DNA of 59,499 nucleotides from a virus (Duplodnaviria; Heunggongvirae; Uroviricota; Caudoviricetes): IMG/VR virus record IMGVR_UViG_2874945390_000008; one strand, 5' to 3'. Shown piece by piece: positions 59,158 to 59,499 of this stretch (position 1 is its first letter; each line of letters starts with the position of its first letter). The notes under the pieces were generated by a model. It saw only the letters and a program-made list of their open reading frames with translations, ran no database searches and was not told where the DNA came from. The position numbers and the translations under genes were made by a program.

Positions 59158-59499
59158 TTAACAGAGTTTTTCAGCTCGTTCTATAAACGGTGCCAGACTC
59201 ATTTTTTCGCCGGGATTGTTAGGATCATCAATCTGAATCACCGAAATGGGTTGGGTATTGGTCTTCCCACTGGCAACTTCCTTTTGTGCGATATCGTTTA
59301 AAGGATACTGCACGAGGGTACTCGGATTAATAACATACAAAGCATTACCCGGTCGGCAAGTCAGCATCACCTCTTCGCGGTTAAATGCCCATTTGTCTTT
59401 ACCCACTTCAAAACGACTGACGGTAATCACCTGCGGTGCAGCCAGCGCCGCTGCAGAACTGGTGAGTAACAGAAACGCCAGAATACTTTTTTTCATCAT
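59158..59499 (-). CDS. yebY: Exported protein with signal peptide (YebY-like)
   Basis: [24 protein letters not shown]...; starts at the window edge. Confidence 0.55.
   Translation of the reverse strand: MMKKSILAFLLLTSSAAALAAPQVITVSRFEVGKDKWAFNREEVMLTCRPGNALYVINPSTLVQYPLNDIAQKEVASGKTNTQPISVIQIDDPNNPGEKMSLAPFIERAEKLC

Overview
This window reads as a Shigella/enteroinvasive E. coli-type chromosomal segment that is almost entirely one degraded ~58 kb prophage (about 402..58903), inserted at the sdsR/ryeB small-RNA locus between a pphA-like phosphatase gene (left edge, truncated by IS600) and a yebY-like gene (right edge). All calls are by eye from the sequence and the supplied ORF track; no GC calculation, folding, or database search was run, and protein-family names are from memory. 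Layout, right to left on the minus strand: a cro/dicC-like gene, a replication module (ydaT/ydaU/dnaC-like, now inverted between two inverted IS10-like copies), a hok-like toxin, nin-region genes (ybcN/ybcO-like), a Q-like gene, four tRNAs, a lysis cassette (pinholin, SAR endolysin, Rz/Rz1), a trkG-like transporter, terminase, portal, head genes, a contractile-tail module (sheath, tube, frameshifted chaperone, tape measure, baseplate), two tail-fibre cassettes, and a convergent ipaH effector gene with a MxiE box. Left to right on the plus strand from the dicA-like repressor: ydfA-like, a DicF-like sRNA candidate, a Rha-like regulator, four unknown genes (one 646 aa), an ATPase gene split by IS600, xis and int. 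Nine IS copies are present (IS600 x4 including the edge fragment, IS1, an IS110-family element, IS10-like x2, IS630), most with identifiable target-site duplications. The most interesting observations are the flank-repeat evidence for an IS-mediated inversion of the replication module, an AT-rich nuclease-domain gene inserted in the baseplate cluster, the unannotatable early-left operon, and a 14-bp deletion variant of IS600 that fuses orfA and orfB in frame. Several gene disruptions sit in homopolymer runs and could be sequencing artefacts rather than real pseudogenes.
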